From: a virus
Taxonomy: Duplodnaviria; Caudoviricetes
Virus record (IMG/VR): IMGVR_UViG_3300038675_000789
Span: 1 to 28,794 of that record
Length of the DNA: 28,794 nt
Reading direction: 5' to 3' (one strand)
This document shows, one piece after another, positions 1-8,265 of this stretch (its first letter is position 1; every line of letters begins with the position of its first letter). The position numbers were made by a program, and so were the translations under genes. The notes beneath the pieces were generated by a model. That model was given only the letters and a program-made list of their open reading frames with translations, did not search any database and was not told the origin of the DNA.

Positions 1-1451
1 GCGCTCTTACCATCCAGCAGGCTTGCTATGGGGCTGTCGCCATGCTCTTGCAGAGCGTCGTTCGTCTCCTGCTCGATATAGTCCGGGAGCCCCAGGTTCT
101 TGACGATCGCATCACGGATCCCAGATTGTTTATCGAGAGGCCAGCCCGCTTTTTCGAATAACCCCAGGATAGCAACTATGTCCTGCGTGCTGAGTGGCAC
201 CAGCGGATCGTAAACGATCTTGGGTTTGGGTTTGCCCCGCTCGAACTCAAACTGTGGGTTAAGCCTGAATAGTTGTTTGACTGCCTGACTGTTTATTGAC
301 TCCTGGAAGGATGTGGCCGTGGCCGCGACCGCTAGTGTGAAGTTGTCGGTCTTGTCTCGTGATAAGGCCAGACTGCCAGTTCCACCCATCCCGAGGGCCT
401 GGAACTCAGTCATGGTAGCGATCAGGATCGCTTTGGCTTCTGCCTCGATAGATGCCGTGATATGGCCGATGATGTCTGCGTTCTGTGAGGGCTGTAGGAA
501 CCCTATCTTGATCGTGGGGTTCCCATTCTGGTCCCAGACTTGGGGGGTGATGATCCACTTCTGGGCATCTGTTGTGATGTTGGTCAGGGTCTCGACCAGG
601 CTATTATAAGAGGCTAGAGCGGATTCTGCTTCGGGGGTACTCGGATCTATGAATGGGGCATTGCAGATATTTCCCGGCACTTCTGCCCATGGAATGCCTG
701 CGCCGCCTCTTTCCGCTGTTATGTTTCGCAAGTCCTCCATGAGGGACTTGGTCCGCCAGGACCTCCAGACCGGCCTGAGTATAGATCTACCTTCCGGGCT
801 GTCCCTTCCCGGTTCAGCCCGAAGGTTCAGGATCTTCTCGATTGGAATGAACGTGGTGTGATAATCAGGCGCCGCGAGCTGGGTAAGACCAATCAGGCGA
901 GTTACGTCTTCGGGATCGTAATCCCAATGAAACACCGTGTCCGGGCTCCTGAAAGAAAAGTTGGCCCAGCCGATGGCATTATCATCGTATTCCGAGGAGT
1001 ATCTTTCATCATACTGCTCACCGTTCCTCTCCTTGAATATCTTTTCGAACGGCGCGAACCCGAACTGAAGTGTAGGCTTGGCAGCAGTCGCTATGAACGT
1101 TTGCCAGGAGTGCCACATGTCATTCATGCACTCTTCGAGGAACGCGGCGGACCCATTGTCCTTGTTCTCATCGACTACCGGGTCGACGTGCCAGGTCGTG
1201 CGGCGAATGAAGAGAGAATAGGCATTCAGAGCCGATCCAACGTACGCATCATTTGAACCCATCTGCTCATAGACGAGCCACAGGTTCCGGCCTTGCAGCT
1301 CTGGCAGGAAGTCTCGCCGGATCCAGCCCGGCATGAAGTAGGTAAGTCCTGACCTGCCGTACTCCTGGCGGTTGAGAGCCTTGGGGCTCTGGATAAATTT
1401 CGGGTAGATGCCGCCGTTGGGGGCTGCGGGAGGCTGAGTAGATTTTGGCAT
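1..1451 (-). CDS. Portal protein (DUF935/Mu gp29-like), 3' end outside window
   Basis: Not in the ORF track because no stop falls in the window. Manual translation from ATG 1451 gives MPKSTQPP...EYGRSGL...DFLPELQG...YEQMGSNDAYVGSAL...FGFAPFEKIF...PEGRSILRPVWRSW...AERGGAGIP. It lies downstream of TerL/HNH. Confidence 0.85.
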   Translation of the reverse strand, partial: MPKSTQPPAAPNGGIYPKFIQSPKALNRQEYGRSGLTYFMPGWIRRDFLPELQGRNLWLVYEQMGSNDAYVGSALNAYSLFIRRTTWHVDPVVDENKDNGSAAFLEECMNDMWHSWQTFIATAAKPTLQFGFAPFEKIFKERNGEQYDERYSSEYDDNAIGWANFSFRSPDTVFHWDYDPEDVTRLIGLTQLAAPDYHTTFIPIEKILNLRAEPGRDSPEGRSILRPVWRSWRTKSLMEDLRNITAERGGAGIPWAEVPGNICNAPFIDPSTPEAESALASYNSLVETLTNITTDAQKWIITPQVWDQNGNPTIKIGFLQPSQNADIIGHITASIEAEAKAILIATMTEFQALGMGGTGSLALSRDKTDNFTLAVAATATSFQESINSQAVKQLFRLNPQFEFERGKPKPKIVYDPLVPLSTQDIVAILGLFEKAGWPLDKQSGIRDAIVKNLGLPDYIEQETNDALQEHGDSPIASLLDGKS

Positions 1452-1502
1452 GAGAGGCTTCCTATTTGATGGGTATTTGATGGGATCTTGTGAGATAGAA
1501 AT

Positions 1503-1766
1503 TTATACGGATTCGAACAGTTTACAGCATTCAGTGCATCTCCATTTAGCGCCGTCGCGGGTGATTATATGCTCGTGGTGTTTCGATCGACGATATTCAA
1601 ACTCCAACCCTCGACGAATCCCCGATTCGACCGCCGTGCAGAATTTGCTGTCCTGTGTTGCTTTTTTATATACGAGTCCGAAATGCTTGGCGATATTCCA
1701 TGGTGCGGTGAGGGGGTGTGTCCGGGCAAACGCCTCCACTAGGTTATAATCGATTGTGCCCTTCAT
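1503..1766 (-). CDS. Hypothetical protein, C-terminal His/Cys (Zn-finger-like) motif
   Basis: 87 aa, ATGA-coupled to the HNH gene; HEH...CTECC. Confidence 0.65.
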   Translation of the reverse strand: MKGTIDYNLVEAFARTHPLTAPWNIAKHFGLVYKKATQDSKFCTAVESGIRRGLEFEYRRSKHHEHIITRDGAKWRCTECCKLFESV

Positions 1767-2035
1767 TCTCTTTTTGCCCCCTTGTGTCTGTTAGTGGATC
1801 GACTCACAGCACGCAAATTTCTTTGGTTATTGGATCCACCATGTGATAACGCTACCTTATGATCCACTTCGAGGCGATCCCCCCGCTTGAGCCCCAGCTT
1901 TCTCCTGGCCGCATTGCGCTGTGCCCGTCGCTTGATCTGCTCGGGCTTGCCGTGGTACTCCCTGTATTCGGCCTCGTGGTCCCTGGCTTTCTCTTTCGCC
2001 AGAATGGCCTTCAGAATCGGTATGCGCATGATCAT
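1763..2035 (-). CDS. HNH endonuclease (terminase-associated type)
   Basis: EVDHKVALSHGGSNNQRNLRAVSRSTNR HNH motif; located between TerL and portal. Confidence 0.88.
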   Translation of the reverse strand: MIMRIPILKAILAKEKARDHEAEYREYHGKPEQIKRRAQRNAARRKLGLKRGDRLEVDHKVALSHGGSNNQRNLRAVSRSTNRHKGAKRE

Positions 2036-2041
2036 AGTGGT

Positions 2042-3421
2042 CTACTTCCATGGGGGTACTCGGGTGGCTCCGGTGAAGGTGAGCTTCACGTTCTGGGGCA
2101 TCTGACCCAAGGCCTGAAATGCGTATGCTAAGGCATCACATTGGTCGTCGTGGGCACCTACAGGGAAGCTCAATAACTCGGATTCGAATTCTGGGGGTAG
2201 GCTACGGTTATGATAGATCTGACCTAGCTCGTACCTGGCCTCCAGGGGGGCAAATCTTGATACCTTATCCGATATGGGTTTAACTCCCCGGACGTTTAAA
2301 GACGTTTGGGCCGAAAGCTGCTGGATCAGGGCTTTTTGGTAATTGACTTCTTCAATGGCCACGATAGACGGCTTCCATTTGGCCGCCATCTGACTGATAA
2401 AAGTAATCTGCTCAGAGAATGATCCGCGGATTCGTTGGACGTCTAGCACGTGCAGTATTCCTTCTCGATCTCTGCCCATAACCGCGCCAGCCGTATAATC
2501 GGCTGTCTCTTTTTCAGATATCGCAAGATCTACACCTAGTGATATGTTAAGCTGTGGTTGTGGTGGTGTGCGGTCCTCGTACTTTAGCCAAGCCCGCTGG
2601 ATCCTTGTGGCCCCCGCTCCAATAAACTGACATTCGTATTCTTGTGCGACCCAAGCATTACCGCGCTCTAAGCGTTCTTCCTCGATGAAGGCAGGATCGA
2701 TCCGGGGGCACTGTTGCCACGGAACTTCGATCTTCTCCCAGCCTTTGCTTTTGGCCCAGGTGTCGAAGAAGAATCCTTGCTCCCCCCGCGGGGTGGACAT
2801 GAGCACAAGTCTGCCCCTAGAGACTGCCAGCATGGGCCTGACTGCACCATAAAGCTCGTCCGGTATAGCTGCCGCCTCATCTAGTATGAGGAGGGTTACA
2901 GCGGATATACCCCTAATCGTCTTCTCTGAACCGGGGAGGGCCAGGACCCTCGAGCCATTGGCGAACCTTACTGAGAGCTTAGTATCGCTGTCCAGCTTGA
3001 CATTCTTGTCTACCATGTCGAGGAACTCAGCGAATTTCAGCATGAGTTCCTGTGACTGTCGGAGAGACGGCGAGTCTAGGACTATTGTGCTCCGTGGCTT
3101 ATGGATGGCTTCCCACAGCGCCAGGATTGCGGCGGTGGAGCTTTTGCCAGACTGTCTTGAGCAGTTTAGGCATAGACGAGGGTGAGTGGATCGGAGGAAG
3201 TTTGCTTGCCACGGATCAGGTGTGGTGTTCAGATAATAACGAGCGAAGACGACAGGATCTTTGGCGGCTTCCAAACGAAGGACGTCCTCAGCCGCTTTGA
3301 TCGCTTCTAGTTTCGTTGAGAATTGTGAGGAGTTCTTTGAGTCTTGCATCTGCCTCAGCTTCCGAAAGGGACTCGATTGATCCCGCCATCCTAGACGTTG
3401 GATCATCCCCTGCCAGTTCAA
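2042..3421 (-). CDS. terL: Terminase large subunit (true start probably ATG 3349 or TTG 3274)
   Basis: Walker A SRQSGKS, Walker B LLILDEAA, coupling motif MSTP, nuclease acidic motifs GVDLA / DYTA / HDDQCDAL. Confidence 0.95.
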   Translation of the reverse strand: MNWQGMIQRLGWRDQSSPFRKLRQMQDSKNSSQFSTKLEAIKAAEDVLRLEAAKDPVVFARYYLNTTPDPWQANFLRSTHPRLCLNCSRQSGKSSTAAILALWEAIHKPRSTIVLDSPSLRQSQELMLKFAEFLDMVDKNVKLDSDTKLSVRFANGSRVLALPGSEKTIRGISAVTLLILDEAAAIPDELYGAVRPMLAVSRGRLVLMSTPRGEQGFFFDTWAKSKGWEKIEVPWQQCPRIDPAFIEEERLERGNAWVAQEYECQFIGAGATRIQRAWLKYEDRTPPQPQLNISLGVDLAISEKETADYTAGAVMGRDREGILHVLDVQRIRGSFSEQITFISQMAAKWKPSIVAIEEVNYQKALIQQLSAQTSLNVRGVKPISDKVSRFAPLEARYELGQIYHNRSLPPEFESELLSFPVGAHDDQCDALAYAFQALGQMPQNVKLTFTGATRVPPWK

Positions 3422-3836
3422 GCTCTGCTTTCAGGGCTTTGGCTGCCATGTCGGTAGCCTGATGATGCCAGTTGATGACTTGACCAGGAGAGGCTTTGCG
3501 TTTGACCGGCTGGCCATTCTCGTTCACGGAACCGTATTCGTCGCCCACCTGCCAGTCCAAATGCTGCCAGGCCCTCATCTTGATCTTGTCTATTAGGTCC
3601 AGGCTCTTTATGATCTCGATTTTGGCGGATTCTCGGCGGCTGTCGTGGTTGGCAGCACGTTCCTCCTTGGATTCGGCTACCAGGTCTTTCAGGTCCCAGA
3701 CGGCTATCTTGTAGCGGCTGATTGTCTTGGCCTTCTCGGGGATGCCCAGTCGCTTGGCGATCGATGCCGGACTCTCCTTGCGTCCGAACCCTTCCTCTAC
3801 TTGGTCAATGTACTCTGCTATCGATTCAAACGCCAT
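3288..3836 (-). CDS. Probable terminase small subunit
   Basis: 182 aa directly upstream of TerL; N-terminal HTH (SPASIAKRLGIPEKAKTISRY) and helical body; GTGA RBS-like site upstream. Confidence 0.7.
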   Translation of the reverse strand: MAFESIAEYIDQVEEGFGRKESPASIAKRLGIPEKAKTISRYKIAVWDLKDLVAESKEERAANHDSRRESAKIEIIKSLDLIDKIKMRAWQHLDWQVGDEYGSVNENGQPVKRKASPGQVINWHHQATDMAAKALKAELELAGDDPTSRMAGSIESLSEAEADARLKELLTILNETRSDQSG

Positions 3837-3872
3837 TGGACATCACTTTGGACAATTGGACAAATTTGGACA
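3836..3872. repeat. Four copies of TTGGACA
   Basis: TTGGACA at 3836, 3848, 3856 and 3866, between the tRNA 3' end and the TerS start. Confidence 0.8.
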
Positions 3873-3875
3873 AAA

Positions 3876-3948
3876 AGCCACTTAGGAGACTCGAACTCCT
3901 GAACAATCGGTTACAGGCCGATGGCAATGGCCGCTATGCGAAAGTGGC
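3876..3948 (-). tRNA. tRNA-Thr(UGU)-like, 73 nt, non-canonical C33, no encoded CCA
   Basis: GCCACTT TC GCAT AGCGGCCA TTGC C ATCGG CCTGTAA CCGAT TGTTC AGGAG TTCGAGT CTCCT AAGTGGC T. Acceptor (7 bp), anticodon (5 bp) and T (5 bp) stems are perfect, and a T-run follows. Confidence 0.85.
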
Positions 3949-3957
3949 TGGTCGGTG

Positions 3958-3988
3958 GCTGGGGAAAGGAGGGATCGAGGAACCCGGC
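3958..3988 (-). other. Hairpin with pyrimidine (CCUCC) loop, copy 2
   Basis: Minus strand GCCGGG-TTCCTCGATCCCTCCTTTC-CCCAGC; the loop is nearly identical to the one at 5518-5555. Confidence 0.5.
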
Positions 3989-4000
3989 ATGAGGCCATCC

Positions 4001-5446
4001 TTATAGCTTGTAGAACGTCGCTCCTTCTTGAGTGGCCAGCTCTTTGCCGGTGCAGGTGTTGTCACGAGCCACGATGGTGCTCTGCACTGGTGCTAGGTCC
4101 GTGGTACAATAGCATCCCCCCGGGGCCGTGATCTTGCAGTCTCGGGCCTCTACGTAGGACCGGCCTATTGCATGGATGCCAAACCAGCCTTCCAGTAAGC
4201 AGTCTTCGAATAAGACTTTGGAGCCTTCGATGATGTACGTTGCCCCGCCAGTCGAGTCCTCCCTGGTCTTGCTGCTCACCAGAACGGAGTACTTCACCGT
4301 GCCGGTCCCATCCCGAATCATCAGGCCATAGGAACCCGTGGTGTTGGTACAGTTCATCATGAGATCGCTTATGGTGAAGTCGTTGACCTGCCAAACGGTC
4401 ACCTGGCTATCCGTCCGGAATCGTGAAGCGCTTACATTATCAGGGCTTCGGGCCTTGTAATCGTCGTTCCCATAGAGGACTAAGCCCTCTCTGCATTTCC
4501 AGCCTTCGGAGTCTATCACGGTGCTGTTGTGGCATGTATCAAGGATGATGCCTTCAGCACCGCAGTTCTGGGCTACCACCTGGGAGACTATCTCGTTGGT
4601 GCCGCTATCTCCAGCTCCGTTGTTCCCCAGGTAGATGCCAGATCCCCAGGAGTTCTTCAGGTTGAGCTGGTAGTATAGGCCGTTCTTCCGCTCGGACCCC
4701 ACCAGGATCAGGCCTTCGCCGTCGTGCGGCTGGCCGTCTATCTGGGCTGCTCGATTGCCGTCCAGGGTGAGGTGCTGGATGGTGAAACTCTCGTATCCGG
4801 GATCATAGCCCCTGGTGCCCCTGATGAGCACCATGGCAACGTGTCTCGAGGGGCTACGTTGGCCGGGGAGGAGGTGAAGGACGGTCTCATCCATCCCATC
4901 ACCGCTTATGTGCATATCCTTGTCTAGGGCCTGGATAGCGGAGTAGAAGATGTTGGAGCCGTCTGGGTTGAGTGCGAATGGATAGGGAGCTGATAAATTG
5001 TAATGGCCTGCACCTATATGCAGGCTACCGCCGTCTGGAGTCGCATTTATGGCCGCCTTGAACAGGCCTGCTGCATCCGATGAAACGGGCAATGCTGCTA
5101 TGGGTTCTCCGGCGGCTTCTGTGATAATGAAATTGTCCTTCTGGTAGATCCGGACGTCATAGGAGCTTTCTGGCTCAGGTGCTGGTTCGACTTCTGGTTC
5201 GGGTTCCAACTCGATCTCGGGCTCCAGCTCCAGCTCGATGTCCATAGGCGGCATATCGACCGCCAGCTCAAATTCTGTGAAATTCAGTTCAGGAAATTGG
5301 ATCTCATCCGAGATGTTGACCGAATGGAGCTCGGGCATCACTATGGGAGGTGCCTGGATGTCGGAGAACCGGAATGGAGCTGGATAGACGCCCACAGAGC
5401 TGCCGATAAGCAAAGCTAAGAGGAGTAGCCCGAGAATGTGTTTCAA
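4001..5446 (-). CDS. Secreted right-handed beta-helix (pectate-lyase-like) protein with signal peptide and Pro/Glu linker
   Basis: MKHILGLLLLALLIGSSVG signal; EPEIELEPEPEVEPAPEPE linker; beta-helix motifs FKAAINATPDGGSLHIGAGHY, ISGDGMDETVL, LTLDGNR. Colinear paralogue of 26066-27226. Confidence 0.85.
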   Translation of the reverse strand: MKHILGLLLLALLIGSSVGVYPAPFRFSDIQAPPIVMPELHSVNISDEIQFPELNFTEFELAVDMPPMDIELELEPEIELEPEPEVEPAPEPESSYDVRIYQKDNFIITEAAGEPIAALPVSSDAAGLFKAAINATPDGGSLHIGAGHYNLSAPYPFALNPDGSNIFYSAIQALDKDMHISGDGMDETVLHLLPGQRSPSRHVAMVLIRGTRGYDPGYESFTIQHLTLDGNRAAQIDGQPHDGEGLILVGSERKNGLYYQLNLKNSWGSGIYLGNNGAGDSGTNEIVSQVVAQNCGAEGIILDTCHNSTVIDSEGWKCREGLVLYGNDDYKARSPDNVSASRFRTDSQVTVWQVNDFTISDLMMNCTNTTGSYGLMIRDGTGTVKYSVLVSSKTREDSTGGATYIIEGSKVLFEDCLLEGWFGIHAIGRSYVEARDCKITAPGGCYCTTDLAPVQSTIVARDNTCTGKELATQEGATFYKL

Positions 5447-5517
5447 GGTGACCTCAGAAGAGACGAGTAAATTCGATAGCAGGGATCAATTCGTTGACGC
5501 CAGCAAATTGATATTAT

Positions 5518-5555
5518 GGTGGCCAGGGAAAGGAGGGAGAGGAACCCTGACCACC
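5518..5555 (-). other. Hairpin with pyrimidine (CCUCC) loop, copy 1
   Basis: Minus strand GGTGGTCAGGG-TTCCTCTCCCTCCTTT-CCCTGGCCACC; 11-bp stem with one G.U pair, immediately after a stop codon. Confidence 0.65.
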
Positions 5556-5556
5556 G

Positions 5557-5697
5557 TCAGGGAACTAGGAAGCCTTTCTTGGGTTTGGCGTGGCGACGGA
5601 TCTTCTCTTCCTGGATGTCCGCCATTGTTGCATCTAGGTCGTAGTCGCTCCATTCTGGGAGAGACTTATGCCAGTCGATGTCGATTCTTCTGACCAT
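5557..5697 (-). CDS. Small hypothetical protein
   Basis: MVRRIDIDWHKS... with GGAGG upstream of ATG 5697. Confidence 0.55.
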   Translation of the reverse strand: MVRRIDIDWHKSLPEWSDYDLDATMADIQEEKIRRHAKPKKGFLVP

Positions 5698-5871
5698 GTC
5701 GAGCCTCCATTGAGATGACAAGGAGCCCTCTTTGGCCATTGAAGGCCCGAGGGCCAGCGTAGTCCTTTTTCCGTACCGCCAATTTGTACGGCTTGCACAA
5801 ATGGATGATTAGGAATGTGGCGGGCCACACGGGAGATATCAGAAGCTAAGAAGAGTATGTGGTCCGCCGGA

Positions 5872-6060
5872 TTATGCGATTCTCCGTTTCCCAATCACCT
5901 TATTAACATCGGAAATGTTAATTCCAAGTCGATTGGCTATTTCAGACCGGCTCATTCCACCACGGAACGGGCCTCTGCCATACATTTTTTTGATAATATC
6001 CATTGGAACGTTGTCTGCACCTTTCCAGAAGGTCGCAGACCGACGAGTATCAGAATTCAT
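5872..6060 (-). CDS. Small HTH protein
   Basis: GMSRSEIANRLGINISDVNKVI helix-turn-helix pattern. Confidence 0.65.
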   Translation of the reverse strand: MNSDTRRSATFWKGADNVPMDIIKKMYGRGPFRGGMSRSEIANRLGINISDVNKVIGKRRIA

Positions 6061-6145
6061 AGTCGATGCCCCTTACTCAGGCCCGGTCATCGATGGCTAA
6101 TCGCACACCCCCGCTTTTAACGGGCGGTCTGGATTAATCCAGCCG

Positions 6146-6460
6146 TCATACCCGCGACATCTTTCGCAGGAAATGTTTGGTGTACCGTTGAGTTTCCTTT
6201 GGCTTTTTGCCAAAAGGCTTTCCATCATTCCAGATCCGACAATCGCAGAATGCAAACCCCCTTTCATCGGGCTTGACGATCTGATGACATTCGGGGCAAG
6301 TGATATGACCGGTGGCCAATTCCACAACCTTGCCATAATCTTTTCCTGGGATGATCAGACATGCTAAACATTTATATTCGTTCCAGGCCTGATTTACCCC
6401 CCGAAAACCGCGGGAGATACGATGAATTGATCCGTCGGTCGATAGGAGGGATTTCATCAC
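6146..6460 (-). CDS. Zn-ribbon hypothetical protein (start uncertain)
   Basis: CPECHQ...FCDC; an AT-rich TATA-like stretch lies upstream at 6477-6497. Confidence 0.5.
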   Translation of the reverse strand: MMKSLLSTDGSIHRISRGFRGVNQAWNEYKCLACLIIPGKDYGKVVELATGHITCPECHQIVKPDERGFAFCDCRIWNDGKPFGKKPKETQRYTKHFLRKMSRV

Positions 6461-6511
6461 ATATGGTGTGTGTCGATAATATTATATATATGAAATAGCA
6501 CCAAATCGGTG

Positions 6512-6739
6512 CTAAAGTCTCAATCTAACCACCCTCCTCCACCCTACCCTTCGTTTGGAGGAATGTTTCCCTTTCTCGTCTATTGGCATTTTCTCTACCA
6601 GACCCAATTCAGACATTTCTACCAGGTCGCGCCTTAACCTGCCCTCCGGGCGGTCAAGTTTCTCCGCCAGAACCGGTATAGATATAGCATGATCCGGCAT
6701 TGAATTCAGTATCCGCTTCATCATAGCCGTGCTAGTCAA
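6512..6739 (-). CDS. Winged-helix DNA-binding protein
   Basis: ISIPVLAEKLDRPEGRLRRDLVEMSELGLVEK...GWR; TTG start overlaps the upstream stop. Confidence 0.7.
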   Translation of the reverse strand: MTSTAMMKRILNSMPDHAISIPVLAEKLDRPEGRLRRDLVEMSELGLVEKMPIDEKGKHSSKRRVGWRRVVRLRL

Positions 6740-6906
6740 ATCGACCACTCCCACCCTCGCCCGTCTGCGCTTTCTCGCCTGTTTACGCCCTTATATTTGA
6801 AGACCCTCGACAGCAGCACCAAGACCCTGCTGTGCCTGAAGCCCAGGCCGGTTGCAACGTCCCCGGTTCTGTGCCATCCGGGGTGCGCTTCCAACCAGTC
6901 TACCAC
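6736..6906 (-). CDS. Winged-helix protein not in ORF track (GTG start, or ATC at 6921)
   Basis: Manual translation VVDWLEAHPGWHRTGDVATGLGFRHSRVLVLLSRVFKYKGVNRRESADGRGWEWSI*; fills the gap in the operon. Confidence 0.6.
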   Translation of the reverse strand: MVDWLEAHPGWHRTGDVATGLGFRHSRVLVLLSRVFKYKGVNRRESADGRGWEWSI

Positions 6907-6921
6907 GTGCCACTGACCGAT

Positions 6922-7125
6922 TTAGACCGCCTCCTTCATCTTCGGTAAGAGCTGCTTCTTCTCCTCCTGCAGCTCTTGCTCTTTTGAGACCAGGATGTTT
7001 ATGGCCGTCCGGATGCCTCGTATCTGAGTCTCGACCTCATCCAATTTCTTGCCGGTCTTGTATCGAGTAGAGAGCTGGTTGCGGCGGGCTAGCTCTTCCG
7101 GTGGCAACGTTTTGTGGATGCTCAA
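6922..7125 (-). CDS. Small coiled-coil protein
   Basis: LDEVETQIRGIRTAINILVSKEQELQEEKKQL; coupled to both neighbours. Confidence 0.7.
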   Translation of the reverse strand: MSIHKTLPPEELARRNQLSTRYKTGKKLDEVETQIRGIRTAINILVSKEQELQEEKKQLLPKMKEAV

Positions 7126-8264
7126 AGCTTCGCCCCCTGCTGAAGAAGTCTGATCCTGACAGATTTAGCGCTGTAATAGAGGCCCTTGTCGTAGAGAATG
7201 TCGGATATCTCTTCCAACGTCTTTCCCGCCTTCCACAGATCCCAAATCATAATATTAAGCTCCGATCGGGATATCGAGACTGGCTCGGGACGGGTTTCTG
7301 TTGCTTCAGCCTCTTGTGGCTCTTCGCCTGGCTGTGCCACTGGTTCGGGGTCGTCTGCCTTTTTGGACTCTGGTTTGGCCTGTGCCTTGCCTTTCATCCT
7401 ACCAATGTAGGCTGCTCTGGCTCGTATCTTCGTCCACGGAACGAGCTTGCCTTTCTTTTCTAATTCTGCGGCTATATCGAGAACACCAATGCCATCCCCA
7501 AGCATCCTGTCCACCTCAGCCAGGGTCTCGGGATCAAGTGGAACGTTCCGGGATTCCCGGATAGTTGCCACTTCGTCTTGTTTCTTTTCCTGTTCCGGTG
7601 GCTCTTCTAGATTGGTCGGTTCCGCCTCCTGGGGAGGTTCTGTCTCGGTTTTTGGTGGATGATCTTCTTGAGCGGATTCAGAGACTACTAAATCTCCTAC
7701 GAATGGCTCCACGTGACCTATGACCGGGGCCCCCTCGGCAGAGCCAAGAGTAAATCCCTGTGGAATCTGTGGTGTCTGGAGTTCGATCTCTGTAAATTCG
7801 ACATCTGGTGCGGTCGCCCCCTCGATGTTCTGGAACTCAGTCAACTTGTCTTTGATATCATATCCAGTGAGAGTTGCCTCCTGCATGATCTGCGGTGTCG
7901 ACTTTTCCCTCAGAACTCCGAGTGTGGGTGAGTCTAATGTCTCAACTGTTCGGGATTTCCTAATAGTTGCCTTGCCCTTGCCGTACCTATGCCGCACCGA
8001 ATCTAATGTGGTGCCGCAGATTTCTGCTATCGTCCTCCAGGTTCGCACCTTCCCGTCCGGGCCTGGGGTGTCCCTCAGCTCGATCACACGGGCTGTGAGG
8101 GCTGCGCTCTCGTCTGGTGTGTGTATGCCATGCTCTGTGCTGGCTAGATCGATGATAGAGTTGATATGCTGCCTGATGTGGGGCACGGCTTCGAGCTTCT
8201 CCAGGGGGATAGAACCTGATGGGGGAAAGATCAAGCGGAAGATTTGGGTTTCTATGGGGATCAT
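7122..8264 (-). CDS. Multi-HTH protein with acidic Pro/Glu linkers
   Basis: Three HTH-like segments: RTWRTIAEICGTTLDSVRHRY; GIGVLDIAAELEKKG; GKTLEEISDILYDKG. Confidence 0.75.
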   Translation of the reverse strand: MIPIETQIFRLIFPPSGSIPLEKLEAVPHIRQHINSIIDLASTEHGIHTPDESAALTARVIELRDTPGPDGKVRTWRTIAEICGTTLDSVRHRYGKGKATIRKSRTVETLDSPTLGVLREKSTPQIMQEATLTGYDIKDKLTEFQNIEGATAPDVEFTEIELQTPQIPQGFTLGSAEGAPVIGHVEPFVGDLVVSESAQEDHPPKTETEPPQEAEPTNLEEPPEQEKKQDEVATIRESRNVPLDPETLAEVDRMLGDGIGVLDIAAELEKKGKLVPWTKIRARAAYIGRMKGKAQAKPESKKADDPEPVAQPGEEPQEAEATETRPEPVSISRSELNIMIWDLWKAGKTLEEISDILYDKGLYYSAKSVRIRLLQQGAKL

Positions 8265-8265
8265 T

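Noticed and set aside
313-1256. Plus-strand ORFs 313-609, 649-861 and 858-1256
   Set aside because: They are antisense shadows of the minus-strand portal gene, which the track missed because its stop lies outside the window.
3274-3421. TerS/TerL overlap as a programmed frameshift fusion
   Set aside because: No clear slippery site. ATG 3349, or TTG 3274 just after the TerS stop, explains the overlap more simply.
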